DNA of 64,000 nucleotides. Source: SAR324 cluster bacterium (GTDB lineage: Bacteria; SAR324; NAC60-12). Under the pieces are notes generated by a model. It was not told where the DNA came from, made no database searches, and saw only the letters and a list, made by a program, of their open reading frames with translations. Below are positions 1 through 10,290 of this stretch, in pieces (position 1 is the first letter of the stretch; every line of letters starts with the position of its first letter). The translations under genes and the position numbers were made by a program. Location of the stretch: positions 12,631 to 76,630 of the forward strand of contig JAKUUI010000001.1 of NCBI GenBank assembly GCA_022448485.1, given 5' to 3'.

Positions 1-949
1 CATGTGTATCATCCCGCAAGCGTGGATCGAGTGCCAGGTAAAACATGTCCACCAGAAAATTGACAACCACAACTGTTGCCGCCAGCAAAATTACGATGTT
101 CTTTACAACCACCAAATCCCTCTGGGCAATGGCCTGAAAAAGCAGGCGGCCCAGTCCAGGCAAATAAAAAACGTTTTCAATGATGATTGTTCCAGCAAGC
201 AAAAATGAAAGTTGTAAACCAAGAATTGTTACTACGGGAATCAGAGCATTTCTGACTGCATGCCGCCAAAGTGCAGAATTCCTGCTGAGTCCTTTTGCAC
301 GAGCGGTGCGTACAAAATCCTCACGAACAGTTTCCAAAACTGCCGAACGGGTAACGCGCGCTAAAATTGCAGCTTGCGGCAGAGCCAGGGAAACGGCTGG
401 TAAAACCAATGACTTTAAAGCGGCTCCCAAACCCATTTCCCAGCCGGCAAATCCTCCTGCAGAAAACCAGCCCAGTTTGACGGAAAAAAATAAAATCAAA
501 AGAATGGCAAACCAGAAATTGGGAACGGCGACTCCCAATTGCGCAAAGCCCATGATTCCGGTATCAGAAAAATGCTTATGATTTGCTGCAGCCAGGACTC
601 CAAAAGGAATGGCCAGTAAAGTTGAAAGAGAAATGGCGAGAAAGGCCAGTGGTAAACTGAGAGAAAGGCGTTCTAGAATCAAAGAAGAAACAGGAGTGTC
701 GTAAGTGTAGCTGCGGCCAAAATCACCAGTCAGGACACCTGCAATCCAACGGAAGTATCTTTCCGGAGCAGAAAGGTTCAGTCCCATTTCTGCCCGGAGA
801 GCGGTTAATGTGTCTTCCTGAGCACCAACTCCAAGAATGATTGATGCGGGATCACCTGGAAGGATTTCCAGCAACAAAAAAATTATCAGTGAAGCCACCA
901 GCAAGGTGATAAGCAATGCAAAAAAGCGTTTTACCAGGAAGATTGTCAT
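1..949 (-). CDS. ABC peptide/nickel transporter permease (OppB/DppB family), N-terminal part; the gene runs off the left edge
   Basis: Not in the ORF track because no stop lies in the window. My minus-strand translation from the ATG at 949-947 gives MTIFLVKRFFALLITLLVASLIIFLLLEILPGDPAS..., a typical OppB/DppB N-terminus with the LPGDPA motif. It lies 54 bp downstream of the binding-protein gene on the same strand. Confidence 0.75.
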   Translation of the reverse strand, partial: MTIFLVKRFFALLITLLVASLIIFLLLEILPGDPASIILGVGAQEDTLTALRAEMGLNLSAPERYFRWIAGVLTGDFGRSYTYDTPVSSLILERLSLSLPLAFLAISLSTLLAIPFGVLAAANHKHFSDTGIMGFAQLGVAVPNFWFAILLILFFSVKLGWFSAGGFAGWEMGLGAALKSLVLPAVSLALPQAAILARVTRSAVLETVREDFVRTARAKGLSRNSALWRHAVRNALIPVVTILGLQLSFLLAGTIIIENVFYLPGLGRLLFQAIAQRDLVVVKNIVILLAATVVVVNFLVDMFYLALDPRLRDDTH

Positions 950-1003
950 TTCATTTGGTAGGGTTGGCGCTCCGGTAAACTTCCGGAAGCGCCTCTTAAA
1001 GTA

Positions 1004-2497
1004 TTAATTTTTCCAGCTTACACCTGTCAAGTCATTAGCCTGGACTGGGCTGTTTTCCCAAAGTCCACTCACGTTTTTGTTCCAGATTCCCAGTTTTGCC
1101 AATTGAAAAAGGAACCCGTTGACTGCGTCTTTGGCCAGAATTGCCTGTGCAGCACCCATTAGGGCGTAGCGGCGTTTTGGATTAGAGGTTACGTTCAGGC
1201 TTTTAATTACAGCATTGAAGCCGGGGTTACGGTATTGGAAATAATATGTTGGGCGTGTGTAAATACCAATATCCATTGGTTCAGTATGTGAAACGATCGT
1301 CAGATCAAAATCTTTATTTTTAAAAATTTGATCAAGCCATTGAGCCCACTCAACAGGAATAATTTCCAGCTTAATACCGACTTTACTGAGCTGTGCAGCA
1401 ATAATCTCTCCACCTCGGCGTGCATAACTTGGCGGAGGCAATTTGAGCGTTGCTTTGAATCCACCCGGGAAACCCGCATCGGCCAGTAATTGTCTGGCTT
1501 TTTGAGGATCGTGTGGATATGTTCCGGTCAGATCAACATAAGCAGCGTGGTGCGGGGCAAAATGGGTTCCGATTGGAGTTCCAAAACCAAACATTGCTCC
1601 GTCAATGATTTCCTGTGAATTGAGCGCATGAGCAATGGCCTGGCGCACCCGTAGATCATCGAATGGTTTTTGCAGGTTATTGGTGGAGAGGATTGTTTCG
1701 CCTTCAGTACTGCCGACTTTAACGATAAAACGTGAATCGCTTTGAAATTGTGCTGCCATTTCCGGAGCAGGAAAATTTGCAAATGCATCTACATCACCTG
1801 CCATCAACGCTGCAACAGCGGCTGCTGGATCAGGAATGATTTTGAAGGTTGCAGATTTTAATGCCGGTTTTACACCCCAGTAATTTGCATTTTGACCCAA
1901 TTCAATCCGGTCACCCCTAACCCAGCGCTTGAAAGTAAATGGACCTGTACCTATTGGTTTGCTTTTGTTTGAGCCGGCACTTAAAGGATCGACGATCACA
2001 GCATCGCCCCAACCCATGTTAAACAAGAAGTTTCCTTTTGGTGTTTTCAGGGCTACAACTACAGTACTTGGGCCTTGTGCTTTGACTGAAGCAATTGGAG
2101 CAAAGAGTGCTTTTTGCGCATTTGTGCTGTTTTCAGCTGCTGCTCGCTCCAATGAAAAAACTACATCACTGGAATCAAACGTGGCTCCATCATGGAATAT
2201 AACTCCGTTTTGAAGATGAAATGTATAGGTTAGTCCGTCTGCAGAGATATCCCATGATTTAGCAAGTGCAGGAAGTACTTCTGCATTCTGATTGATGCGG
2301 GTCAGTCCCTCAAAAACATTAGCATAAACCACCTCATCAATCGCAGCTGCAGCTCCTGCAGTCGGATCAAGATGCGGCGGCTCCAAAACAGTACCCATCG
2401 TTAAATGTGATTCCCCGGCAAAAGCCGCTCCGGAAAAGATCAGCGTTGAACCACTGATCAGTAATAATTTGACGTACCTTCTAATAGTTGATTTCAT
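1004..2497 (-). CDS. ABC transporter substrate-binding protein, family 5 (DppA/OppA-like peptide/nickel binding)
   Basis: The 508-aa ORF has family-5 SBP character throughout. I prefer the internal ATG at 2497 (MKSTIRRYVKLLLISGSTLIFSGAAFA, a signal peptide), which is preceded by GGAGAAAAAC as an SD. The track ORF extends to 2530. Confidence 0.8.
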   Translation of the reverse strand: MKSTIRRYVKLLLISGSTLIFSGAAFAGESHLTMGTVLEPPHLDPTAGAAAAIDEVVYANVFEGLTRINQNAEVLPALAKSWDISADGLTYTFHLQNGVIFHDGATFDSSDVVFSLERAAAENSTNAQKALFAPIASVKAQGPSTVVVALKTPKGNFLFNMGWGDAVIVDPLSAGSNKSKPIGTGPFTFKRWVRGDRIELGQNANYWGVKPALKSATFKIIPDPAAAVAALMAGDVDAFANFPAPEMAAQFQSDSRFIVKVGSTEGETILSTNNLQKPFDDLRVRQAIAHALNSQEIIDGAMFGFGTPIGTHFAPHHAAYVDLTGTYPHDPQKARQLLADAGFPGGFKATLKLPPPSYARRGGEIIAAQLSKVGIKLEIIPVEWAQWLDQIFKNKDFDLTIVSHTEPMDIGIYTRPTYYFQYRNPGFNAVIKSLNVTSNPKRRYALMGAAQAILAKDAVNGFLFQLAKLGIWNKNVSGLWENSPVQANDLTGVSWKN

Positions 2498-2601
2498 GTT
2501 TTTCTCCGAAGATGTGAAGTATAAAAACAATCTCCTTTTGGGAGACGATGAAAAAAAGGAAAGGATATCATCACAAAAAATATTTTAAAACGCAATTTTA
2601 A

Positions 2602-3726
2602 TTATGATTGAACAGAATTCCGATAAGCAGGCCAGATTCCCAAGGATTCTGCAGAATAAACTCCACGTGTAATGGCCCGGGCAACGCAGTCTGCGGACAT
2701 CATGCCTATACGTGCAATGTCGATTCGTGGCATGGCAGAAAGTGGGATTTTCCCGGTGGATAATACGAAGACTGTGTCCCCATCAAATGGCGTGTGAACA
2801 GGGCGAATTGCGCGGGCAAAACCATCTTGCGCCATAATAGCAACCCGCTGGGCTTGAGCTTTGGTGAGGGCGGCATCAGTGGCAACTACACAAAGTGTGG
2901 TGTTCGTGGAAACGCTATCGTCAGTAAGCCAGCTGTCGGAAACCTCAGATTTTTCTGCTTGCAGGAAGGGACTTTCGAAGTCGAAATCAAGCGACAGCTC
3001 GTTTATTTTTCTCTGTTCTTCATCCAGAATATTTTCCGGCAGATTTTTTGGAGCACCTCTCCCGCCGAATTCCCCGTTGCGCTCAAAGGGCCAGGCCCAA
3101 AAATCTGTGCGTTCCGGGAATGTTACTGAACCAAACGGATTTACTGCTGCCAGTGCTCCTACGGTAAATCCATTGTCACCACCGCGGGAGTTTTCTAAAG
3201 TGCTTTCGGTTTTTTGCTGCAAAGAGGCGGTCCCGATTCCACCTTTGAGCGTTCCTGCTTTTGCTCCAGTTCCCGCACCAATATTACCTAGCGGGCAATC
3301 GTAACTGGCGTTGGCCGCAGCCATTTTTCCAAACTCAAAATAGGTGCGCTCATCCGTTCGGGATTTGTCACCACCATTGAGTAAGTCAAAGAGAATCGCC
3401 GCTGGAACAATTGGTACCGAGACACCGGCTGCTACGGGAAAACCGCGGCCTTTTGTTTTTAGCCAGGCTACAACTCCACTGGCTGCATCCAATCCCATGG
3501 CTGAACCACCACTAAACACAACGGCGTGGACCTCTTCAACCAGATTTGCTGGATGCAAGGCATCTGTTTCCCGCGTTCCCGGGCCTCCGCCGCGGCAATC
3601 GACTGCGGCTACCGCAGAATCTTCTGGAAGAACTACCGTGGTTCCGCTCATCAATTTCATGTCTTGTGCGTGTCCAACTTTGATTCCTGACACGTCGGTG
3701 ATACTGTTTTTTGGTCCGGGCTGCAT
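2602..3726 (-). CDS. S58 (DmpA/BapA-type, P1 family) aminopeptidase
   Basis: The N-terminal PGPKNSITDVSGIKVGHA motif and Gly-rich core (GGGPGTRETD, FSGGSAMGLDA) are typical of L-aminopeptidase/D-esterase DmpA-like Ntn hydrolases. The likely start is MQPGPKN at 3726; the track ORF extends to 3783. Confidence 0.7.
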   Translation of the reverse strand: MQPGPKNSITDVSGIKVGHAQDMKLMSGTTVVLPEDSAVAAVDCRGGGPGTRETDALHPANLVEEVHAVVFSGGSAMGLDAASGVVAWLKTKGRGFPVAAGVSVPIVPAAILFDLLNGGDKSRTDERTYFEFGKMAAANASYDCPLGNIGAGTGAKAGTLKGGIGTASLQQKTESTLENSRGGDNGFTVGALAAVNPFGSVTFPERTDFWAWPFERNGEFGGRGAPKNLPENILDEEQRKINELSLDFDFESPFLQAEKSEVSDSWLTDDSVSTNTTLCVVATDAALTKAQAQRVAIMAQDGFARAIRPVHTPFDGDTVFVLSTGKIPLSAMPRIDIARIGMMSADCVARAITRGVYSAESLGIWPAYRNSVQS

Positions 3727-4173
3727 ATTAATTTCGGGTGTTGAGGTTAAGGTTGTGTGTGTTTGTTGGAGGGGCCAATTCAACTACGAGTATGTAGCGA
3801 ATTATGTTACCGATTATTTCTGACTGTGAACTCTGTACTTTGCCTACCGGATTATTTGGAAACCACAAACGCATTTTGGCATAGGACGACACTTCATTGG
3901 GCAAAAGATAAATTGTGATTTTAAAATGAGTGAGTAACCATGGAAAATCAAGAAACAAAACTACACTTGAAGCACTCCACCCACGACGAAGCTCCAAGAT
4001 ACGTTCTGCATGATGAGGTTTTGATGCAGGCTTGAGGCAGCCCCGCTTTCCGGCAAACCAAAACCATACAGTCCTCTTTGAAAGGAAAATATATAGCTTA
4101 TTTTGCTGGATCATCTGCGTCGAATAGAGGTAGGACAAATGCCGTCAACAGTGAGCCGAAGCTTAAATTGAAG

Positions 4174-6093
4174 TCAAGATGTAGCGTACTGGCCGATTCC
4201 ACGTTCCTGCATGATTTCACTAATTTCATCAAGAATTTTAGGATCATCGATCGTGGAAGGAACTGAAACTTCAGCTTCGATTGCCAAGAGCCTGATTGTT
4301 TTACGCAGGATTTTCCCGGAGCGGGTTTTCGGCAAACGTTTGACGATACCAGATTGTCGAAAATAGGCAACAGCTCCAATTTCTCTACGGATGATTGCTA
4401 CCAATTCTTCCTGCATTTTTTCTTGAGTCATCTCTATGCCATCCTTAAGCACAACAAAACCAACAGGAACTTGTCCGCGCAATTCATCATCAATTCCTGT
4501 GACAGCGCATTCTGCAACAGCCGGATGCCCCGCAATCAACTCCTCCATTTCTCCGGTTGAAAGACGATGTCCAGCAACATTGATCACGTCATCAGTACGC
4601 CCCATCACAAACATGTAGCCGTCTTCATCTTTGACTCCTTCGTCACCAGTAAGGTAGTAGCCTGGATACTGTGACAAATAAGATTGCTTGAAACGCTCAT
4701 CATCATTCCATAATGTCGGCAAACAGCTTGGTGGCAAGGGGAGGTGAATTACGATATTTCCAGTTTCTCCAGGTTTGCAAATATCACCCTCTTCATTCAG
4801 CACCTGTACATTGTAGCCGGGCATCGGGAAAGTCGGTGAACCATTCCTCACAGCCTGTGGTTCAATACCCATAGGATTTGAACAAATAGCCCAGCCAGTT
4901 TCGGTTTGCCACCAGTGGTCGACCACTGGAATATCCGGCTGAGACCCCTTATTCAATATTCCCATCAGCCATTCATAAGTTGGCGGATCCAGCCTTTCAC
5001 CTGCCAGGAATAGTGTCCTGAGTGAACTGATGTCATACTGCTTTAAAAGTTTTGCATCTGGATCTTCTTTTTTTACGGCACGAAAAGCGGTAGGAGCAGT
5101 GAAAAATGTGTTTACTTTATGCTCAGAAATCACGCGCCAGAATGCTCCTGCATCCGGAGTACGTACGGGCTTTCCCTCATAAACTATGGTGGTGCATCCA
5201 TGAAATAGCGGTGCGTAGACAATATATGAATGTCCAACCACCCAGCCGACATCCGAACCCGCCCAGTATACATCTCCTGGATCAGTATTGTAGACAGCTT
5301 TCATGCTGTACTTCAGAGCTACGGCATGTCCGCCATTGTCACGGACAATACCTTTAGGAAGTCCAGTCGTTCCGGAAGTGTAGAGGATATATAACGGATC
5401 TGTTGCATTTACCGAAACAGGACTAGCAGGAGCAGCTTGACTCATCAGTTCATGCCAATCGTGATCCCGCCCGGGCTGCATTTTTGCCTTAGCTTGTGGA
5501 CGCTGCAAAACCACTACTTTTTCTGGAGTAAATTTTGCGATTTCCATAGAATTATCCACCAGCGGTTTGTATTCGATGACTTTCGTGAATTCAATTCCGC
5601 AACTGGCTGTCAACAGCACTTTGGGTCTGGCATCATCAATCCTCACAGCTAGTTCATGGGGCGCAAAGCCTCCAAAAACCACTGAGTGCACTGCGCCCAG
5701 CCTGGCACAAGCGAGCATTGCAATCACAGCTTCGGCAACCATTGGCATGTAAATGATGACACGGTCACCTTTTTCCACTCCTAAATTTTTCAGACCACCA
5801 GCAAATTTTGCAACCTCGTCTCGCAGCTCTGTAAAAGTATAATTGCGCTGCGAGTTTGTTGCGGGTGAATCATAAACCAGTGCCAGTTGATCACCGTGTC
5901 CTTCCTCGATGTGTACATCAAGCGCGAGATAAGCTGTATTTAGTTTGCCTCCCGTAAACCAGCGATAAAAACCATGTTCATCCTGAGAAAGGATTGTTTC
6001 AGGAAATTCATACCACTTGATCTGCTCAGCTAGTTTTCTCCAGAATAACTCTGGCTGCTCTATAGACTGCTGATATTCGTCAAGGTAATTCAT
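4174..6093 (-). CDS. prpE: propionate--CoA ligase (AMP-forming acyl-CoA synthetase, PrpE type)
   Basis: The 639-aa product is colinear with my memory of Salmonella PrpE: the N-terminus Y.QSI..PE.FW, YTSGTTGLPKG, the AMP-binding core, PKTRSGK, and the C-terminal TIDDP...L motif. Confidence 0.75.
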   Translation of the reverse strand: MNYLDEYQQSIEQPELFWRKLAEQIKWYEFPETILSQDEHGFYRWFTGGKLNTAYLALDVHIEEGHGDQLALVYDSPATNSQRNYTFTELRDEVAKFAGGLKNLGVEKGDRVIIYMPMVAEAVIAMLACARLGAVHSVVFGGFAPHELAVRIDDARPKVLLTASCGIEFTKVIEYKPLVDNSMEIAKFTPEKVVVLQRPQAKAKMQPGRDHDWHELMSQAAPASPVSVNATDPLYILYTSGTTGLPKGIVRDNGGHAVALKYSMKAVYNTDPGDVYWAGSDVGWVVGHSYIVYAPLFHGCTTIVYEGKPVRTPDAGAFWRVISEHKVNTFFTAPTAFRAVKKEDPDAKLLKQYDISSLRTLFLAGERLDPPTYEWLMGILNKGSQPDIPVVDHWWQTETGWAICSNPMGIEPQAVRNGSPTFPMPGYNVQVLNEEGDICKPGETGNIVIHLPLPPSCLPTLWNDDERFKQSYLSQYPGYYLTGDEGVKDEDGYMFVMGRTDDVINVAGHRLSTGEMEELIAGHPAVAECAVTGIDDELRGQVPVGFVVLKDGIEMTQEKMQEELVAIIRREIGAVAYFRQSGIVKRLPKTRSGKILRKTIRLLAIEAEVSVPSTIDDPKILDEISEIMQERGIGQYATS

Positions 6094-6159
6094 TGTGTTC
6101 TCGTTTTAGAGTTCTGGTTGGCAAGTCCTCATGTGTACATGGGAACTTTTCAGGGAATT

Positions 6160-8091
6160 TCAACCAGCAGGCCTGTTGGCGATTAAATCTTCAACCACCG
6201 AAGGCTCAGCGAGTGTGGATGTGTCACCAATACTGTCCATATCATTTTCGGCAATTTTACGCAAAATGCGGCGCATGATTTTTCCAGATCTCGTTTTTGG
6301 GAGTCCGGGTGCCCATTGAATAACATCAAAGGAGGCAATTGGACCAATTTCTTTGCGTACCAGCTGCACCAATTCCTTCTGCAAATCCTCGGTTGGCTCA
6401 ACTCCGGAATTTAAAGTGACATAGGCATAAATGCCCTGTCCCTTAATTTCATGCGGAAAACCAACAACGGCAGCTTCAGCTACATTTTCATGTAGCACCA
6501 CCGCAGACTCAATTTCTGCGGTTCCCATGCGGTGTCCGGAAACATTAAGCACGTCGTCGACTCTTCCGGTAATCCAGTAATAGCCGTCTTCGTCACGTCG
6601 ACAGCCGTCACCAGTGAAATAGAGACCTTTGTAAGTGCTGAAGTATGTTTGAATAAACCGCTCATGATCACCATATACGGTGCGCATTTGTCCGGGCCAG
6701 GGGTGTTTGATACACAAATTCCCTCCCGCTGCACCTTCCAGTTCGTTGCCGTCTGAATCCACCAAAAGTGGCTGTATCCCAAAAAACGGACGGGTAGCGG
6801 ATCCGGGTTTGGTTCGAGTTGCCCCCGGAAGCGGAGTAATCATAATACCACCTGTTTCAGTTTGCCACCAGGTATCTACAATAGGACATTTCTCGTGTCC
6901 AACAACTCGATGATACCAGAGCCAGGCTTCAGGATTGATAGGTTCCCCGACTGTGCCCAGCAAACGCAGGGAACTTAAATCCCGTTTGTTGACCAACTCA
7001 TCACCTTCTTTGGCAATTGCCCGAATTGCTGTTGGTGCAGTGTAGAAAATGTTGATTTTGTGCTTGTCGCAAATATCCCAAAATCGCCCGAAATCAGGGT
7101 AATTTGGAACACCCTCGAACATCAATGTCGTTGCTCCATTGGCAAGTGGTCCGTACAGAATATAGCTGTGTCCGGTAACCCAGCCGATGTCTGCCGTGCA
7201 CCAGTATATATCGCCATCATGATAATCAAAGACATATTGATGAGTGACGGATGTGTAGACCAGATAACCCCCGGTGGTGTGCAGAACACCCTTGGGTTTT
7301 CCGGTTGAACCGGAAGTGTAAAGAATGAAAAGCGGATCTTCAGCATCCATTTCTTCTGAAGGACAATCCGCGGAGACTTGGGACATTTCTTCATGCCAAT
7401 AATAATCTCTTCCAGACTGCATATTACAGTTGTCATCCGTATGTTTCACAACAACGCAGCTTTCGGTTCCGGTATCTTCCATGGCGGTATCCGCATTTTG
7501 TTTGAGCGGGATACTTTTCCCCCCGCGGATTCCCGCGTTGGCAGTGACCAGCATTTTTCCGCCACAATCAATAATTCGATTTTTTAGGGCTTCTGCGCTG
7601 AATCCTCCGAATACAACCGAATGTACAGCACCAATTCTGGTACAGGCCAGACACGCTATTGCCAGTTCCGGAATCATGGGCATGTAAATCATTACCCTGT
7701 CACCTTTTTTGATGCCGCGTTTCTTCATCACATTGGCAAATTTACTCACCTCTGCAAGCAATTCTTTGTAAGTGAAGGTTCTGTCAACATTCGGATCATC
7801 AGACTCCCAAATCAGAGCCGTTTTATCAGCCCGTGTTTCCAAGTGTCGATCCAGACAATTATAAGAAACATTGAGTTTCCCCCCTTCGTACCAGCGGATA
7901 TGTGCCTTGTTGAAGTCCCAGTCAAGGGTTTTGTCCCACTTTTTGAACCAATCCAGACGCTCAGCTTGTTTGTCCCAAAAAACTTTTGGATCATCCACAG
8001 ACTCCTGATACATTTTCAAATAAGTGTCGTTATCTATCCATGCTTTTTCTTTAGCAGATGCCGGAATTTCGAAAATTTGCTGCTCACTCAT
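6160..8091 (-). CDS. acs: acetyl-CoA synthetase (AMP-forming)
   Basis: The 643-aa product shows classic Acs features: [37 protein letters not shown] and [11 protein letters not shown]. Confidence 0.9.
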   Translation of the reverse strand: MSEQQIFEIPASAKEKAWIDNDTYLKMYQESVDDPKVFWDKQAERLDWFKKWDKTLDWDFNKAHIRWYEGGKLNVSYNCLDRHLETRADKTALIWESDDPNVDRTFTYKELLAEVSKFANVMKKRGIKKGDRVMIYMPMIPELAIACLACTRIGAVHSVVFGGFSAEALKNRIIDCGGKMLVTANAGIRGGKSIPLKQNADTAMEDTGTESCVVVKHTDDNCNMQSGRDYYWHEEMSQVSADCPSEEMDAEDPLFILYTSGSTGKPKGVLHTTGGYLVYTSVTHQYVFDYHDGDIYWCTADIGWVTGHSYILYGPLANGATTLMFEGVPNYPDFGRFWDICDKHKINIFYTAPTAIRAIAKEGDELVNKRDLSSLRLLGTVGEPINPEAWLWYHRVVGHEKCPIVDTWWQTETGGIMITPLPGATRTKPGSATRPFFGIQPLLVDSDGNELEGAAGGNLCIKHPWPGQMRTVYGDHERFIQTYFSTYKGLYFTGDGCRRDEDGYYWITGRVDDVLNVSGHRMGTAEIESAVVLHENVAEAAVVGFPHEIKGQGIYAYVTLNSGVEPTEDLQKELVQLVRKEIGPIASFDVIQWAPGLPKTRSGKIMRRILRKIAENDMDSIGDTSTLAEPSVVEDLIANRPAG

Positions 8092-8380
8092 ATCATTCTC
8101 CTAAATTTAGTAATTTGTTTTTGCAAGGTCGAAAAAAATCACCTTAGCAAATTTTTTTTATTTTGTCCTTAAAAAAATGTGTGTAATCGGCAGGAAATCA
8201 TAAAATCAATTAATTCATCTTATATCTTCAAGAGGTACCTCTCGTACATTTATATAGGTACTTTCCATTTGTTTGCCTGATTGAAGATAGTATCAGGATT
8301 TCATGCGCGAGATTTTGTTTTTGGATAAAAAAAGGTAGGGGAAGGTTGCGGCCCGTTAAGAGCCGCAAAAAATGAGAGTT

Positions 8381-8680
8381 TCAGATTCTACCCTGTAACA
8401 TAAACGCGATCACAAGTGCATAAATTACAAGTGACTCGATCAGTGCCAGACCAATAATCATTGGTGTAAAAATTTTGTCGTATGCGTTCGGATTTCGGGC
8501 GATTCCTTCCAGAGCACCGCTCATAGCAATACCTTGTCCAATTCCTCCGCCAAGAGCTGCAAGTCCAATTGCCAAACCGGCACCAAGAGCAATTCCAAAT
8601 GTGGCCATTTCTCCCATTTCTGCTGCATACAGAGGGAAACTCGCTGACATAAGCAATGTCAACAATAATAATTTTTTCAT
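8381..8680 (-). CDS. atpE: F0F1 ATP synthase subunit c
   Basis: It has the hairpin c-subunit sequence [21 protein letters not shown]...[20 protein letters not shown]. The start at 8680 (MKKLLLL) is preceded by AAGGA; the track ORF extends to 8728. Confidence 0.9.
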   Translation of the reverse strand: MKKLLLLTLLMSASFPLYAAEMGEMATFGIALGAGLAIGLAALGGGIGQGIAMSGALEGIARNPNAYDKIFTPMIIGLALIESLVIYALVIAFMLQGRI

Positions 8681-8714
8681 GACATCCTTTTTGATCTTAA
8701 ATAAATCAGCGCAA

Positions 8715-9494
8715 TCAGTGAGCTTCACTCATTGCGAGTTCAAAATAAATGGCAGACAGCAAGACAAATACAAAGGCTTGAAGTACTGACACTAAAATTC
8801 CCAAACCCATAAATGGAATTGGTAGTCCGACAGCTAGAATTGACGTGAAAATCATGACAACTTTATGATCTCCTGTCATGTTCCCAAATAGGCGGATGGA
8901 AAGGGAAAGCGGGCGCACACAATGACTGACGACCTCGACAGGAAACATCAGCGGTATAAGCAATGGCATGGGGCCCAGAAACTGTTTTATGTAACTGGAT
9001 CCATGCTGACGAATGCCTAAAAAGTGAGTCATAATAAAAATTATGGTGGCAAATGCGATTGTAACATTAAACTGGTCTGTTGGAGGGTTGAAGCCTGGAA
9101 CAAGACCGGCAAGATTCAATATCAAAATAAACAAACCATAAGTTCCCAGTAATGGAAGAATAGGACGTGCTCCGATTCCATGGCGGATGGTTCCACTCAA
9201 AAAATTCAGAATTGTGCTGACAATAACTTCTGTAAAATTTGGCAAATTAGCACGTCCGGAAGGCTCCAGCATATCTGTTTTTCTGAAAGGTCTTCCTGCA
9301 AAATAAGCAAAAAAAATCAGCAATACTGCTACTATCAGCATGTCCAGAATAGGAAGGGGGTCAATACCGAGGTTCACGAGTGGCTGTTCTAATCCGCCAA
9401 ACAAGAAGTGAGCCCAGGTGAATCCTGATGCAGAAGCAAAAACAGGGGTTGCTGTCAGTGAAAAGATGCTAATTAAGGCAAGTCGTTTGTTCAT
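8715..9494 (-). CDS. atpB: F0F1 ATP synthase subunit a
   Basis: The 259-aa polytopic protein carries the [11 protein letters not shown] motif with the conserved Arg of subunit a, and lies immediately upstream of atpE. Confidence 0.9.
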   Translation of the reverse strand: MNKRLALISIFSLTATPVFASASGFTWAHFLFGGLEQPLVNLGIDPLPILDMLIVAVLLIFFAYFAGRPFRKTDMLEPSGRANLPNFTEVIVSTILNFLSGTIRHGIGARPILPLLGTYGLFILILNLAGLVPGFNPPTDQFNVTIAFATIIFIMTHFLGIRQHGSSYIKQFLGPMPLLIPLMFPVEVVSHCVRPLSLSIRLFGNMTGDHKVVMIFTSILAVGLPIPFMGLGILVSVLQAFVFVLLSAIYFELAMSEAH

Positions 9495-9508
9495 TCTGTA
9501 ATTTATAC

Positions 9509-10027
9509 CTATGCAAATTTCTGAGGGTTCATCACTCTAAGAAAAGAGTAAATAATCGTGGCGATTGCAACATTTGAAAGTCCAATCAGCAACCCCCTTG
9601 GTGAAAGTTCAAAGTATTTCAAAGCTCCAAATAAGACTATTACTGAAATTCCGAATTTTGTGAGTACAAACAGTAAATCCAATGCGAGTAATTTTCGATC
9701 CAGCAAGAGCTTGCGGACAAACTGCATAGTCCAGAAATAATTAAAACCAATAACAGCGCATCCTAACAGAACGGAGGGAACAAGGTCAAGTTGTAAAATT
9801 GTTGTTCCTGCAACTAAAATGACACTGACGCTTAATAACAGGTTTCGAAAAAAATCAGCCTGCAGGATTGGGTTGGATCCTTTTTCTGAAACTACGTCTT
9901 CTGGGACTTCAGATATCGCTGAATCAGGATGAGTATCTGGTTTCACAGTTTCTGAAAAATCTCTGTTATCTTGCGGTACTGCGCCGTTTGGATCAATTTT
10001 TGATTTCTCTTCAGATGATGGATGCAT
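9509..10027 (-). CDS. ATP synthase protein I-like membrane protein (hydrophilic N-terminus plus 4 TM segments)
   Basis: The call rests on its position between the atpZ-like gene and atpB, and on an AtpI-like hydrophobic C-terminal half. There is no strong motif. Confidence 0.45.
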   Translation of the reverse strand: MHPSSEEKSKIDPNGAVPQDNRDFSETVKPDTHPDSAISEVPEDVVSEKGSNPILQADFFRNLLLSVSVILVAGTTILQLDLVPSVLLGCAVIGFNYFWTMQFVRKLLLDRKLLALDLLFVLTKFGISVIVLFGALKYFELSPRGLLIGLSNVAIATIIYSFLRVMNPQKFA

Positions 10028-10035
10028 ATTTAGTT

Positions 10036-10290
10036 TCAGGAAGAAGAGGGGGAATCGTTTTCCTGCCCAGATTCAGAATCAGCTTGAACCCGTTTCACCA
10101 AACGAAAAATGCTCCGGTAACCTGCAATGATTCCGGCAATCCCAAAGACCAGCAATAACCAGGGCTCTGTACCCAACCACTTATCCAGCCAGCTACCAAT
10201 CAGAAAACCCACAACAATAGACAATCCAAGTTCCAAACCCATAGAACTGTACATTATCCATTTTGGACCTGTTTTGTGAAGCTGTGTCAT
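10036..10290 (-). CDS. atpZ: AtpZ/ATPase_gene1 family small membrane protein
   Basis: MGLELGLSIVVGFLIGSWLDKWLGTEPWLLLVFGIAGIIAGYRSIFRLV is the typical two-TM AtpZ core. The likely start is MTQLHK near 10290; the track ORF extends to 10380. Confidence 0.6.
   Translation of the reverse strand: MTQLHKTGPKWIMYSSMGLELGLSIVVGFLIGSWLDKWLGTEPWLLLVFGIAGIIAGYRSIFRLVKRVQADSESGQENDSPSSS

Noticed and set aside
2-581. Plus-strand ORFs 2-208 and 180-581 at the left edge
   Set aside because: They are antisense to a clearly recognisable OppB/DppB permease frame on the minus strand, and their composition is unconvincing.
3728-4173. A 136-aa minus-strand ORF and a 390-bp spacer between the S58 peptidase and prpE; I considered RNase P RNA, SRP RNA, tmRNA and 6S RNA
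   Set aside because: The ORF overlaps the peptidase 5' end and has odd composition. The only RNA-like hint (GCCGGAAAGCGGGGCUGCC on the minus strand) does not match the GGAAAGUCCGGGC of RNase P or the GGAA-tetraloop context of SRP RNA. No tmRNA ends are visible. An Infernal scan would be needed to say more.
7621-8172. A 183-aa plus-strand ORF, plus many other 60-110-aa ORFs nested in acs, prpE, relA, uvrD, ftsY, the permeases and other genes
   Set aside because: All lie antisense to or out of frame with long ORFs that carry unambiguous family motifs. They are typical shadow ORFs.
8348-8366. A GC-rich hairpin, gcggc-N9-gccgc, just downstream of atpE as a candidate terminator
   Set aside because: In the atpE (minus) sense the U-run precedes rather than follows the stem. 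In the plus sense it is followed by an A-run. It does not fit an intrinsic terminator in either direction.
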